NCBI GenBank assembly: GCA_037443365.1
Contig: JBBIOM010000002.1
Span: 57,268 to 121,267, forward strand
DNA length: 64,000 nucleotides
Reading direction: 5' to 3'
Origin: Armatimonadota bacterium
GTDB lineage: Bacteria; Sysuimicrobiota; Sysuimicrobiia; Sysuimicrobiales; Humicultoraceae
This document shows, piece by piece, positions 24,721 through 33,871 of the stretch. Numbering within the stretch: the first letter of the stretch is position 1; each line of letters begins with the position of its first letter. Below the pieces are notes generated by a model. That model was not told the DNA's origin and searched no databases. It saw only the letters and a list, made by a program, of their open reading frames with translations. The position numbers and the translations under genes are program-made.

Positions 24721-26527
24721 GCGATGCCACCTTCAGGGAGTCGTGCGGCGCATTGAGAAGCGCGCTCATCCTGTGCCAATCGACCGGGGCCAGCGAGGCA
24801 ACCTGGATTGACTCGGGATCGAGGCCGAGCGTCCCTGCCAGCGCGCGGGCACGGTCCACCATCCTGCGGGCCGAGGCCGGCCCCACCAGGTGCTCACAGC
24901 TCCGATCGTAGCAGCCGCAGAGAAGGACACGCCGCGCCCCGGCAGCCAGCGGCCGCACGCAGTGAATCGGCTCCAGCCGCCCCAGGCAGGGCACCGGGAC
25001 AACCAGCACGGACGCGGGGTAGGACAGGCGCAGCCGTCCCATGGCCCCAAGGGTGGGAACCGCGGAGTTGACGCAGGCAAGCACGACCGTCACGGCCCCG
25101 CCCAGAAAGGGGCCCTGCATCAGCGCGTCGATCTCGGCCAGGAGCCGGCGGTTGGGGCTCTCCGCGACCTGGATCGCTCCGGCAGGACAGGCCGCTGCGC
25201 ACACCCCGCACCCCTGGCATGCTGCCGGCAGCACCCGCATGCTTCCGCCCAGAGCCGTGGTCACGGCCTGGTGAGGGCACAGACGCAGGCATGTCAGGCA
25301 GAAGGCACACTTCTCGGTGTCGATGCACGCACGCCCCGCGATCGCCAGCGTGCCCGGAGCAGCCACGGCGAGCGCGGCCATGGCCGCTGCCTCTCCCTGG
25401 CGTGCCGCCTGGACGGCGGTGTACGGGCCGCGCGCGCCGCCGATCAGGAACACGCCGTTTCGCTCGGTCGCTATGGGCTCCAGGAAGATGCGCTCCCTGG
25501 GTGCCCAACCGCCCTGCCGGGGCGCCACGCCGAGTGCGTCCGCCAGTCTGCGCGCGCCCTGGCGAGTGGCCGCGGCGCCGCCAAGTATCGCATCCACGGT
25601 CTCGGTGACAGGGCCCAGCCCAGGCACGTCGGCGGTGACCACCCATTCGCCGTCAACCTCGCAGACCTGGGGTGGTGCGGCCTCCACGCGGATGAACGTG
25701 ACTCCCTGCCCCCGCGCCTCGGTGTAGAGTTCCTCCAATCCGGGTCCGGCAACTCCCATGTCGCGAAAGAGCACGAGCACGCGGCACCCGCAGTCCCGCA
25801 CCAGGTGCAGGGCGGCCTGCAGCGTTGACTCGGTCTGTGAGGGCCAGGGATCGCCGTCCAGCAGAAAGGCCACCCTCCTGCCGAACGGGAACTCGGGCAG
25901 ACCGGGAGATGCGTCGCCGGCCGCGATCACGGCGCCCACCGTGTGGCGCTCGCTTCCCTCACCGGTCCGGAGCGTGGCCTCGAACTCGCCCGCCTGCCCA
26001 ACAAGGCGCTCGAGCGTTCCCGCGGCCGGCACCACCTCGCAGCCCAGCTCCTCGAGGCGCGCCGCCGCTGCCCCGGAGCCCGGCCCGGTTCCAACCAGCA
26101 GCACCCGCCCCGTGGACGTGATCTCGGAGCAGGCCGCAGGAGGTTGGCCGGCGGCGACGCCGGCCGCGCCCGCGGCCACCATCCTCTGCGCCTTGGCCGT
26201 GGCCTGGTCAGGTCGCGGGTGAACCCATGCACACCCTTCCCTCACATCTACAAGACAGGCACGGTGTCCTGCTACCCCTGCACCTTCGAGCACTTCCGCG
26301 AGCGCCTGCGTCGCGGACGGGATCCCGCATGCCGCCACCACCAGGCCGTCGGATGCGGTCTCGCGAAGCCAGGCAGCGACGCGCATCCGGCCCGGGCCTG
26401 AGCAGAAGTCGTGCGTGATCAGGGCCGAGGCGAATCCTGGGGCCGAGGCGATGCGCTCAGGCGCAATGCGGCAGCACAGCGTACCGCCGCATGTGCATAC
26501 GACCAGGGCCGTCCGCGCGGCGCTCAT
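24707..26527 (-). CDS. HdrA-related protein (N-terminal Cys domain + degenerate Rossmann + 2x[4Fe-4S]) fused to a C-terminal MvhD-like domain
   Basis: ALVVCTCGGTL...LVVAACGIPS..CAWVH parallels VFVCHCGSNI...VVVASCTPR..CSWVH of the giant HdrA. CAFCLTCLRLCP and CQGCGVCAAACP are present. The C-terminus VVLACVNSA...VPVPCLGRL...LLCGCYDRSCEH is MvhD-like. The start is at internal Met30 and overlaps the upstream stop (ATGA). Confidence 0.65.
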   Translation of the reverse strand: MSAARTALVVCTCGGTLCCRIAPERIASAPGFASALITHDFCSGPGRMRVAAWLRETASDGLVVAACGIPSATQALAEVLEGAGVAGHRACLVDVREGCAWVHPRPDQATAKAQRMVAAGAAGVAAGQPPAACSEITSTGRVLLVGTGPGSGAAAARLEELGCEVVPAAGTLERLVGQAGEFEATLRTGEGSERHTVGAVIAAGDASPGLPEFPFGRRVAFLLDGDPWPSQTESTLQAALHLVRDCGCRVLVLFRDMGVAGPGLEELYTEARGQGVTFIRVEAAPPQVCEVDGEWVVTADVPGLGPVTETVDAILGGAAATRQGARRLADALGVAPRQGGWAPRERIFLEPIATERNGVFLIGGARGPYTAVQAARQGEAAAMAALAVAAPGTLAIAGRACIDTEKCAFCLTCLRLCPHQAVTTALGGSMRVLPAACQGCGVCAAACPAGAIQVAESPNRRLLAEIDALMQGPFLGGAVTVVLACVNSAVPTLGAMGRLRLSYPASVLVVPVPCLGRLEPIHCVRPLAAGARRVLLCGCYDRSCEHLVGPASARRMVDRARALAGTLGLDPESIQVASLAPVDWHRMSALLNAPHDSLKVASHAPA

Positions 26528-27702
26528 CCCAGACCCTCCAGAACCCGAAGCGCGGCCCCCGCGGCACGGAGCCCATCCCCGATGGCCTCTGGGATGCTGG
26601 CCGGGCCCCCACACGCGCCGGCCGCCACGATGCCTGGAGCAGAACCCGACGCCGGTCTCTCAACCAGCGGCGGCGCGCCCGCGGCTGCCGCCGCAGCATC
26701 CATGCCCACCGCCAGAACCACCAGATCGAACACCCCCTGGCGCCTTGCGGCGGTGGCGACATCCTCGTATACAAGCATCAGCCCCTCGGGCTCGCCGAGC
26801 ACCTCCGCAGGGATACCGCGCACAAGGCGGATCTCTGGAGGCAGGTCATCGAACAGCCGGGCGACCCCTGGGGCTGCTCGCTGCAGATCCATGTAGAAGA
26901 GCGTGACCTCAAGGCCCGGCATCTCACGCGCCATGCGGCTGGCCAGGCGCAGCACGGTGGGACAGCATACCTGAGAACACCATCCCCTGCCGGCGGCCAG
27001 GTCCCTGGAGCCGACGCAGTGGATCATGGCCACGCGCCGGCGCGCCGGCATCAGGCGCGTCAGGTACGCGAGGCCGTGCTGCCACAGGCCCTTTTCCAGG
27101 TCCATGGTTGTGATCACGCCCGGGTGCCGGCCGTAGCCGAACTGCCCCTTGCGGGCCGCCGGGAACGGCTCGAACCCCGTGGCCAGCACCACCACGTCCG
27201 CGGTCACCAGTTCTTCGCGCTGAGAATCATCCAGCGACATGGCGTCGAAGGGGCATGCTTCACTGCAGACCGCGCATTCCTCGCCCCGGGCGCGCAGACA
27301 CGCCGTGGGGTCGACAACATAAGCCACAGGCAGGGCCTGGGGGTGCGGTTGGGCTATCGCGGAGGCCGGACAAAGTTCAGCGCATCTTCCGCACCCGGTG
27401 CAGCGCGACACGTCCACGCCCCGGGGCCTGTGGGCCAGGCGAACGGCGAATTCGCCCGGCCCCCCTTCAATCCCCAGCACGCGCGTGTCCACGCTCAGCG
27501 TTATCCCGGCATCCGCGTGCACCGCCCTGGAGGCGCGAAAGGCCAGGCATACCCCGCAGAGAGTGCAGTCGGAGTCGGCCTTGCAGGCGTAGCCTGCTGC
27601 CCATCCGCCGACCGAGGGCCCCTGCTCGGCCAGCAGGACGCGAACCCCCCGGGCAGCCAGAGCCTGCGCTGCCGTAAGGCCGGCGGGCCCGGCCCCCACC
27701 AC
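26524..27702 (-). CDS. HdrA-related FAD/FeS protein with a divergent active-site region
   Basis: VGAGPAGLTAAQALAARGVRVLLAE (Rossmann), CTGCGRCAELCP, CAVCSEACP and IHCVGSRD...WCSQVCC. The canonical DKTFPTxDCxxC is replaced by YACKADSDCTLCGVC. The GTG start is uncertain. Confidence 0.7.
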   Translation of the reverse strand: MVGAGPAGLTAAQALAARGVRVLLAEQGPSVGGWAAGYACKADSDCTLCGVCLAFRASRAVHADAGITLSVDTRVLGIEGGPGEFAVRLAHRPRGVDVSRCTGCGRCAELCPASAIAQPHPQALPVAYVVDPTACLRARGEECAVCSEACPFDAMSLDDSQREELVTADVVVLATGFEPFPAARKGQFGYGRHPGVITTMDLEKGLWQHGLAYLTRLMPARRRVAMIHCVGSRDLAAGRGWCSQVCCPTVLRLASRMAREMPGLEVTLFYMDLQRAAPGVARLFDDLPPEIRLVRGIPAEVLGEPEGLMLVYEDVATAARRQGVFDLVVLAVGMDAAAAAAGAPPLVERPASGSAPGIVAAGACGGPASIPEAIGDGLRAAGAALRVLEGLG

Positions 27703-27722
27703 GACCGCGCTGCGTGTGTCGC

Positions 27723-29432
27723 TCAGAACAGTCCCACCACCTTGCCTGTCTTCAAGTCGATGTCCACCCGGACGGCGGCCGGCGTCTTGGGCAGGCCGGG
27801 CATGGTGCGCATCTGCCCGCAGAGCGGGTAGAGGAACCCTGCTCCCACCGAAGCCCGGATGTCCCGCACCGTCACGCGGAAGTTCCTCGGCCGGTTCTTG
27901 AGCGCCGGGTTGTCCGACAGCGACAGGTGCGACTTGGCCATGCAGATCGGGAGCTTGTCATAGCCCAGCTTGGTGTAGAGCTTGAGCTTGGCCTCCGCGG
28001 CCGGCTCGAAGTCCACACCGTCGGCGCCGTAGACCCGGGTGGCGATGGTCTCGATCTTCTCGCGGATCGGCATCTCCAGCGGGTACAGGAACTCCATGGC
28101 GCCTGGGCCTTCGGCGGCCCGGACCACGGCCTTGGCAAGCTCGAGCGCGCCTTCCCCGCCGCGGGCGTGGTGATCGCTCGTGACGGCATCCAGGGCGCCT
28201 GCGGCCAGCGAGGCCTCACGCACCGCCTCGATCTCGCGCGCGGTATCGGTGGGGAAGAGGTTGATGGCCACCACGACGGGCAGGCCGTGCATCCGCATGT
28301 TCTCGATGTGCTTCTGGAGGTTCTCGCAGCCGCGCGTGACCGCCTCGACGTTCTCACTCACGAGCTCAGGCGGAAGCGGCCGGCCCGGGACCACGCGACC
28401 CACGCCTCCGTGCATCTTGAGGGCCCGGATGGTTGCCACCACAACCGCCGCGTTCAGCTTGAGCCCGGAGTAGCGGCACTTGACATTGAGCATCTTCTCG
28501 GCGCCAATATCGGCCCCGAATCCGCTCTCCGTGACCACGTAGTCGGCCACCTTGACCGCGATCTTGTCGGCGACGATGGAGTTGTTGCCGTGGGCGATGT
28601 TGGCAAACGGCCCGGCGTGCACGATGACCGGGGTGTTCTCAACGGTCTGGATCAGCGTGGGCATCAGGGCGTCCTTCAGCAGCACCGCCATGGCACCCGC
28701 CGCCTTGAGGTCCTCGGCGGTCACAGGGTCGCCGTCCTCGTTGGTGCCGATCACGATCCGCCCCAGGCGCGCCCGCAGGTCGTTCAGGTCGCTGGCCAGT
28801 GCCAGGATCGCCATCACCTCGGAGGCCACGGTTATGTCGAAGCCGGTCGCCCGCGGCCGGCCGTCGTCCTTGGTGCCCAGGCCGATGACGATGTTGCGCA
28901 GGGCCCTGTCGCTGATGTCCATCACGCGCGGCCACGTGATCGAGTAGGGGTCGATGCGCAACTCGTTGCCCTGCGAGATGTGGTTGTCAATCATCGCCGC
29001 GAGCAGGTTGTGGGCGACACCGACCGCGTGAATATCCCCTGTGAAGTGGAGGTTGAAGTCCTCCATGGGGACAGCCTGCGAGTAGCCGCCACCGGCGGCG
29101 CCGCCCTTGATGCCGAAGGTTGGCCCCATCGAGGGCTGGCGGAGGGTGTTGATGGTCTTGTGACCGAGCTTGTTGAGCGCCATCCCAAGGCCGATCGCGG
29201 TCGTGGTCTTGCCCTCCCCCAGCGGCGTCGGCGTGATAGCGGTGACCATGACGTACTTGCCGCTCGGACGGGCGTCCAGGCGATCCATCACGTCGAGATG
29301 TACCTTGGCCTTGTACTTCCCGTACATGTCCAGGTCGTCCTCGGTAAGGCCCAGACGCTTCGCGATCTCAAGAACCGGAAGAAGCCTGGCCTCCTGGGCA
29401 ATCTCAAGGTCGCTTCCGATCTTTCTGCTCAT
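27723..29432 (-). CDS. fhs: Formate-tetrahydrofolate ligase
   Basis: TPTPLGEGKTTTAIGL, plus length and overall pattern. The start is at internal Met70 (MSRKIGSDLEIAQE) of ORF 27723..29639 and overlaps the metV stop (ATGA). Confidence 0.95.
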   Translation of the reverse strand: MSRKIGSDLEIAQEARLLPVLEIAKRLGLTEDDLDMYGKYKAKVHLDVMDRLDARPSGKYVMVTAITPTPLGEGKTTTAIGLGMALNKLGHKTINTLRQPSMGPTFGIKGGAAGGGYSQAVPMEDFNLHFTGDIHAVGVAHNLLAAMIDNHISQGNELRIDPYSITWPRVMDISDRALRNIVIGLGTKDDGRPRATGFDITVASEVMAILALASDLNDLRARLGRIVIGTNEDGDPVTAEDLKAAGAMAVLLKDALMPTLIQTVENTPVIVHAGPFANIAHGNNSIVADKIAVKVADYVVTESGFGADIGAEKMLNVKCRYSGLKLNAAVVVATIRALKMHGGVGRVVPGRPLPPELVSENVEAVTRGCENLQKHIENMRMHGLPVVVAINLFPTDTAREIEAVREASLAAGALDAVTSDHHARGGEGALELAKAVVRAAEGPGAMEFLYPLEMPIREKIETIATRVYGADGVDFEPAAEAKLKLYTKLGYDKLPICMAKSHLSLSDNPALKNRPRNFRVTVRDIRASVGAGFLYPLCGQMRTMPGLPKTPAAVRVDIDLKTGKVVGLF

Positions 29433-30118
29433 GCGGTCGCCTCCTCGACGGGTGCTTTGACGTCCTCTCGAACAACCTGCCGCGGCCGTCCGGTCGCGGC
29501 GACTGACCAGTCCTTCGGATCCATGATGACGCGCAGGGACTCCATCTCTCCCAGTGCCTGGAGCCGGTTGTAGATCAGCAGCCAGGCGCAGTCCACCGAA
29601 GCATCCACCTCGCACTTGCCGTCGCGATAACCCCCGCACGGCCCGTTCAGCAATCCCTTGGAGCAGCGCGCTATCGGGCAGATTCCGCCCGTCCGATCAA
29701 GAACGCACTCGCCGCACCCGCGGCAGCGCTCGGCCCACACCCCAGGCTGAAGGGTGATACCCATGAACCTGGTGTCGAGCAGCGGGAACACACGGCGGTG
29801 GGGGAAGGTCTCGGCCATCAACTGAACCCCACACCCGCACCCCATCGAGAACACCGCCTCGGCCGCCTCCACCTGGGGAGCCAGCGGCAGGATGAACTCT
29901 TGATCGCACTGGCGGTGCACCGTGGCCTCGATCGTCTCGACCGGAGCGCCCTGGGCGCGGCGGGCCAGCCGCGCCAGCGAGCTGAGCACGGAGACCTCGC
30001 GCTCGCCCCCGGCGAGGCAGACCGACACGCAGCTGGCGCAGCCGACGACCAGCACCCGCCCGTACGGTGCCATCATCTTGAGGACGGCCTCCAGCGGCTT
30101 CTGCTCGGCAACAATCAT
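29429..30118 (-). CDS. metV: MetV (MTHFR C-terminal-domain-like protein), copy 2, not adjacent to a metF
   Basis: MIVAEQKPLEAV..LVVGCASCVSVCLAGGEREV; CRGCGECVLDRTGGICPIARCSKGLLNGPCGG. Confidence 0.8.
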   Translation of the reverse strand: MIVAEQKPLEAVLKMMAPYGRVLVVGCASCVSVCLAGGEREVSVLSSLARLARRAQGAPVETIEATVHRQCDQEFILPLAPQVEAAEAVFSMGCGCGVQLMAETFPHRRVFPLLDTRFMGITLQPGVWAERCRGCGECVLDRTGGICPIARCSKGLLNGPCGGYRDGKCEVDASVDCAWLLIYNRLQALGEMESLRVIMDPKDWSVAATGRPRQVVREDVKAPVEEATA

Positions 30119-30127
30119 GGCGCCCTC

Positions 30128-31462
30128 CTATCCCGCCCGGAGCGCGGGGGTGGCGGCCAGGTGGGCGAGCACCGGGCCGGCCACGTGGAACGAGCCGGTC
30201 ACACAGACAACATCCTCGGGGGAAGCGGCTTCGAGCGCGCACTCGAGCGCGCCTACCGGGTCCTCCACGATGCGAACGTCGGAAACGCCTGCGCAGAACG
30301 CGAGCGCCACGTCGGCCGGCGGCAGCGCCCGGTCGTCGTCGGCCCTTGTCGCGACCACGACCGAGGCCCTGGGCGCGATGATGCGGGCGATGCCCGACAG
30401 GTCCTTGTTGCCGAGCACCCCGATCACCAGCACGACACGGCGCCCCGAGAAGACCTCGTCCAGCACGCCGCGCAGCGCCCTGAAGGAGACGGCGTTGTGC
30501 GCCACGTCCACTATCAGCGTGGGGCGCCACGGCCGGACCACCTCGATCCGCGCGGGCCAGCGCAGGCCGGCGAGACCTGCCCGCACCGCCTCCTCGCCGA
30601 CCGCAAACCCGGCGCCGGCAAGCCCCTCGGCCGCGCCGATGGCCGTCGCCGCGTTGAGGGCCTGATGCCGCCCGAGAAGCGGTATGGCAAGGTCCCGGTA
30701 GGAGCGCAGCCCTCCGCTGACGGTGACCCTGATCCCCGCCATCGAGGAGCTAAGCGTCCGGTAGCGGATCTCGCGGCCCACCCTGACAAGCGTGGCACCC
30801 CTGCCGGCGGCGGCCTGCTCGATCACCTCTCTGGCCGCCTCCGCCTGCGGAACGGTCACGGCCAGGCCGCCGGGGCGGATGATCCCGGTGTCCTCCTCCG
30901 CGATGCGCCGGAGGCTGTTGCCCAGCAGGTCGGTGTGGTCGTACCCCACCGTGGTGATGACCGAGACGAGCGGGTTCACCACGTTGGTGGCGTCCAGCCG
31001 CCCCCCGATGCCAACCTCCACGACGGCCAGGTCCACGGCCTGCCGCGCGAAGTGCATGAACGCGACCGCGGCCGAGGCGTCAAAGTAGGTCGGAGGCCAG
31101 CCCGGGCCGCCCTGCCCGCGATCGATCGCATCGCGCACCTCGGCCACGAGGAGGGACAGGTCACCCTTCGATATCAGCTCGCCGTTCGTGCGCACACGCT
31201 CCCTGAAGTCCACCAGGTGAGGCTTGGTGTAGAGGCCTACCCGGTGGCCGGCCGCCTGCGCCATCGCGGCGATCATCGCGGCCGTGGAGCCCTTGCCCTT
31301 CGTTCCCGCAACGAGCACCGCGGGGAATCGCTGCTCGGGGTCCCCGAGCAGTTCGCAGAGGCGCCGCATGCGCTCCAGCTTGACGGGCGTGTACGGAGCC
31401 GGCTGAGAGAACCGGCCGGCTATCAGCCCGTTGAGATAGGCGATCGACTCCTCGTAGTTCAT
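30128..31462 (-). CDS. folC: Folylpolyglutamate synthase / dihydrofolate synthase
   Basis: VAGTKGKGSTAAM P-loop of the Mur-ligase family, and overall FolC-like length (444 aa). Confidence 0.85.
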   Translation of the reverse strand: MNYEESIAYLNGLIAGRFSQPAPYTPVKLERMRRLCELLGDPEQRFPAVLVAGTKGKGSTAAMIAAMAQAAGHRVGLYTKPHLVDFRERVRTNGELISKGDLSLLVAEVRDAIDRGQGGPGWPPTYFDASAAVAFMHFARQAVDLAVVEVGIGGRLDATNVVNPLVSVITTVGYDHTDLLGNSLRRIAEEDTGIIRPGGLAVTVPQAEAAREVIEQAAAGRGATLVRVGREIRYRTLSSSMAGIRVTVSGGLRSYRDLAIPLLGRHQALNAATAIGAAEGLAGAGFAVGEEAVRAGLAGLRWPARIEVVRPWRPTLIVDVAHNAVSFRALRGVLDEVFSGRRVVLVIGVLGNKDLSGIARIIAPRASVVVATRADDDRALPPADVALAFCAGVSDVRIVEDPVGALECALEAASPEDVVCVTGSFHVAGPVLAHLAATPALRAG

Positions 31463-31477
31463 CCCGGCTCCCGGCCG

Positions 31478-32263
31478 CTAGCCAGTCCGCACCTGTAGGT
31501 AGTTGTCGCAGTAGATCTCCCGGTTGAGGAGCACGTTGGCGGTCCGCAGCGCATCCATCAGCTCCTGATCGAGCGGGTCCAGGATGGCTGCGTCCAGACC
31601 CATGGCCATGGCCATCGTCAGGAAAGTGCGATTGACCAGGCCGCGGTTGGGCGCGCCCTGGGAGACGTTGCTCAACCCGACGATGATGTGCGGGGTGGGC
31701 TCGCACAGTGACAGGAACGACGGGATCGCCCGCAGGGCTTCAGGGCCCTGCGCCTGTGCGGCGTTCACCGGCAGCACGATCGGGTCCAGGTACAGCCGAT
31801 CGGTCGGCAGGCCCGCCTCCATGGCCCGCGCAACGATGTTGAGCGCGATCTCGGCGCGCGCCTGCGCGTTGCGCGGGATGCCGCGCTCGTCAATCGTGAG
31901 GCCTATCAACCCGGCGTTGTGCTCCACCGCCAGCGGCAGCAGCGCGTCGAGCTTCTCCGCCGCGCCTGTCGTGGAGTTGATGATGGCGGGACGCCGGCAC
32001 GCGCGCAGCCCCGCGGCGATCACCGCCGGCTTGGGGCTGTCGAGCGAGAGCGTGGCATCCACGGCGTCCTGGACGGTCTCCACCAGCCAGGTCATCACCT
32101 CTGCCGGGTCCTCGCCCGTGGGCCCGGTGTTCAGGTCCAGGGCGTTGGCCCCGGCGCTCACCTGCCTCCTGGCCAGGTCGGCGATCGCGGCCGTGTCGCG
32201 CTCGCGTATCGCGCGGGCCACCGATCGAAACATCCCGTTGATCCGCTCACCCACGATGTACAT
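31478..32263 (-). CDS. acsE: Methyl-THF:corrinoid/iron-sulfur protein methyltransferase
   Basis: MYIVGERINGMFRSV..., GANALDLNTGP and the pterin-binding-domain pattern, in acs-cluster context. Confidence 0.85.
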   Translation of the reverse strand: MYIVGERINGMFRSVARAIRERDTAAIADLARRQVSAGANALDLNTGPTGEDPAEVMTWLVETVQDAVDATLSLDSPKPAVIAAGLRACRRPAIINSTTGAAEKLDALLPLAVEHNAGLIGLTIDERGIPRNAQARAEIALNIVARAMEAGLPTDRLYLDPIVLPVNAAQAQGPEALRAIPSFLSLCEPTPHIIVGLSNVSQGAPNRGLVNRTFLTMAMAMGLDAAILDPLDQELMDALRTANVLLNREIYCDNYLQVRTG

Positions 32264-32277
32264 CTGGCTCCTCCTTG

Positions 32278-33249
32278 TCAGGTCGTGGCCGCGCAGAGGT
32301 CGGCGATAGCGCGCCTCGTAGCCGCCACGGCTTCGGGATGCATGAGCACAAGGATGTCCGTCCCGGCCAGCAGGAAGGAGGTGGCCGTGATCGTCTCCCA
32401 GGCCGGCCCGCGCCGGGCCTCCGATCCCCAGACTGGCTGCGCGGATGCGGGCAGCTTGGCCTCCTTGGCCTTCCAGGACTCCTCGGCCGAGAGGGTAAGC
32501 ATGGGCTGCGCCAGCATCCTGTCGCCCTGCAGGCCTGCTATGCGAATCCGCTCCATGATCGAGTACTCGTACTCCAGGCCGTAGCCCAGCGAGGCGTTCC
32601 CCGGATGGATCACGATCCGGTCAGGAGAAAGCCCCATCTCGGTGATGAGGATGTTGAGCTGCTTCTGGATGTTGACGTCAATCGGCGATTCGGAGAGAAC
32701 CGCATGCCCGTCAGCCAGGCAGGAGACCACCAGTGTCTTGTAGTTCTCCGGAGAGGCCACGCCGATCAGGCACCGCTCGCCCCGAGTCGCCTCGGTCACG
32801 CGCGGCCAGACCTCGTTGTCCTTGTCGGCCTGCCCGCAGCCCAGAATGATCAGGGGCACGGGCACGGCCTCCAGCACCGACCGCACCGTGGCGACCGCGG
32901 CGTCCGGAGAGGCGTCGAGGACGTCGGGGTGCGTGCTGTTCAGGCGGAGGCAGATCAGCCCCGCCCCGTAGGCCTCCACGCACTTGCGCGCCCAGGCCGC
33001 GGGCGAGCCCATGACATCGCCCAGCTGCGACTTGAGGGCTTCGGGCCAGTCCTCAGGCACCGCGTCCAGCACCTCCATCGCCACAACCGGGGGGTTGGGG
33101 CTGCGAGCATCCCCCGGAAGGAACGGCAGCGCGGCGTGCCCTCCCACGGTCACGGTGTGGGTGCGCGTGCCGCCCTCCGCGGGCGTGGCACCGAGCGTCA
33201 CGGAGAAGATCTTGCCAGGCCAGGTCTCTCGCACCAGCTCAACGGTCAC
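32278..33249 (-). CDS. acsD: Corrinoid iron-sulfur protein small subunit
   Basis: 323-aa product when started at in-frame GTG 33249, 9 nt after an AAGGAGG site. Sits in acs context between acsE and acsC. The longer ORF (to 33504) overlaps the upstream gene. Confidence 0.8.
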   Translation of the reverse strand: MTVELVRETWPGKIFSVTLGATPAEGGTRTHTVTVGGHAALPFLPGDARSPNPPVVAMEVLDAVPEDWPEALKSQLGDVMGSPAAWARKCVEAYGAGLICLRLNSTHPDVLDASPDAAVATVRSVLEAVPVPLIILGCGQADKDNEVWPRVTEATRGERCLIGVASPENYKTLVVSCLADGHAVLSESPIDVNIQKQLNILITEMGLSPDRIVIHPGNASLGYGLEYEYSIMERIRIAGLQGDRMLAQPMLTLSAEESWKAKEAKLPASAQPVWGSEARRGPAWETITATSFLLAGTDILVLMHPEAVAATRRAIADLCAATT

Positions 33250-33871
33250 CTGAATCACCCTCCTTGCGTATGCGGTTGACTGCTGCCACCAGCCGCCGCG
33301 TCGTATGCTCAGCCAGCGCGGTGAGCACCTCGGCATCGAGGTACCCTCGAACCGACGAGTCGAACACCACCGAGACGCTGGGCGCGAACTCCTCATCGCC
33401 CTTCCACATGAGGTACGCCACCGGAACCCTGGGAAGCGCCGGAATGCAGACCGAGACATCGCCCTGCCCGAGCGGTTCGCCGCCGAGTTCCCTGCCGGCC
33501 TCAAGCAACAGCGAAGGATCCGGGCCGAAGGCGCGAAGGATCGGCGAGACGACCCGGCCGCGGAACGAGGCCAGGTATCCCGGGCCGCCTGGAAGCTGCT
33601 CGAACGAGATCCACCTGCCCTCTTGTGGGCCCCCGGTGGCCTCGAGCAGGTAGAGCAGCAACAGGATGGCGACGCCCACTTCGGCGGGCTGGCCCTCTGC
33701 GTCCAGCACGACGCCCTCCGGGTGGGCTATCGTATAGTCGCGCCCAACGCACCGCAGCCCGATCAGATTCGGGCCAAGCAACTCTGCGCCGCTGCGGGCG
33801 ACGAGCGAGTCCACGGCGTGAGCGCCGATCTTGACGCGAAGCCCGTCGTAGGTCCCTTGATAGATGCTCAT
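33239..33871 (-). CDS. Conserved hypothetical protein, DUF3786-like (family often seen inside acs clusters)
   Basis: 210-aa ORF translationally coupled on both sides: its ATG overlaps the cooC stop, and its 3' end overlaps the acsD start by 11 nt. The DUF3786 assignment is from memory of pattern and context, not from a search. Confidence 0.45.
   Translation of the reverse strand: MSIYQGTYDGLRVKIGAHAVDSLVARSGAELLGPNLIGLRCVGRDYTIAHPEGVVLDAEGQPAEVGVAILLLLYLLEATGGPQEGRWISFEQLPGGPGYLASFRGRVVSPILRAFGPDPSLLLEAGRELGGEPLGQGDVSVCIPALPRVPVAYLMWKGDEEFAPSVSVVFDSSVRGYLDAEVLTALAEHTTRRLVAAVNRIRKEGDSGDR

Noticed and set aside
27714-29573. 619-aa plus-strand ORF opposite fhs. Similar long antisense ORFs include 1587..3029, 15445..17004, 29798..31498, 35537..36640, 41354..42577 and 44845..45744.
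   Set aside because: Each lies antisense to, or out of frame with, a gene carrying strong family motifs. All have low-complexity Arg/Pro/Gly/Ala-rich translations, and none has a recognisable domain.
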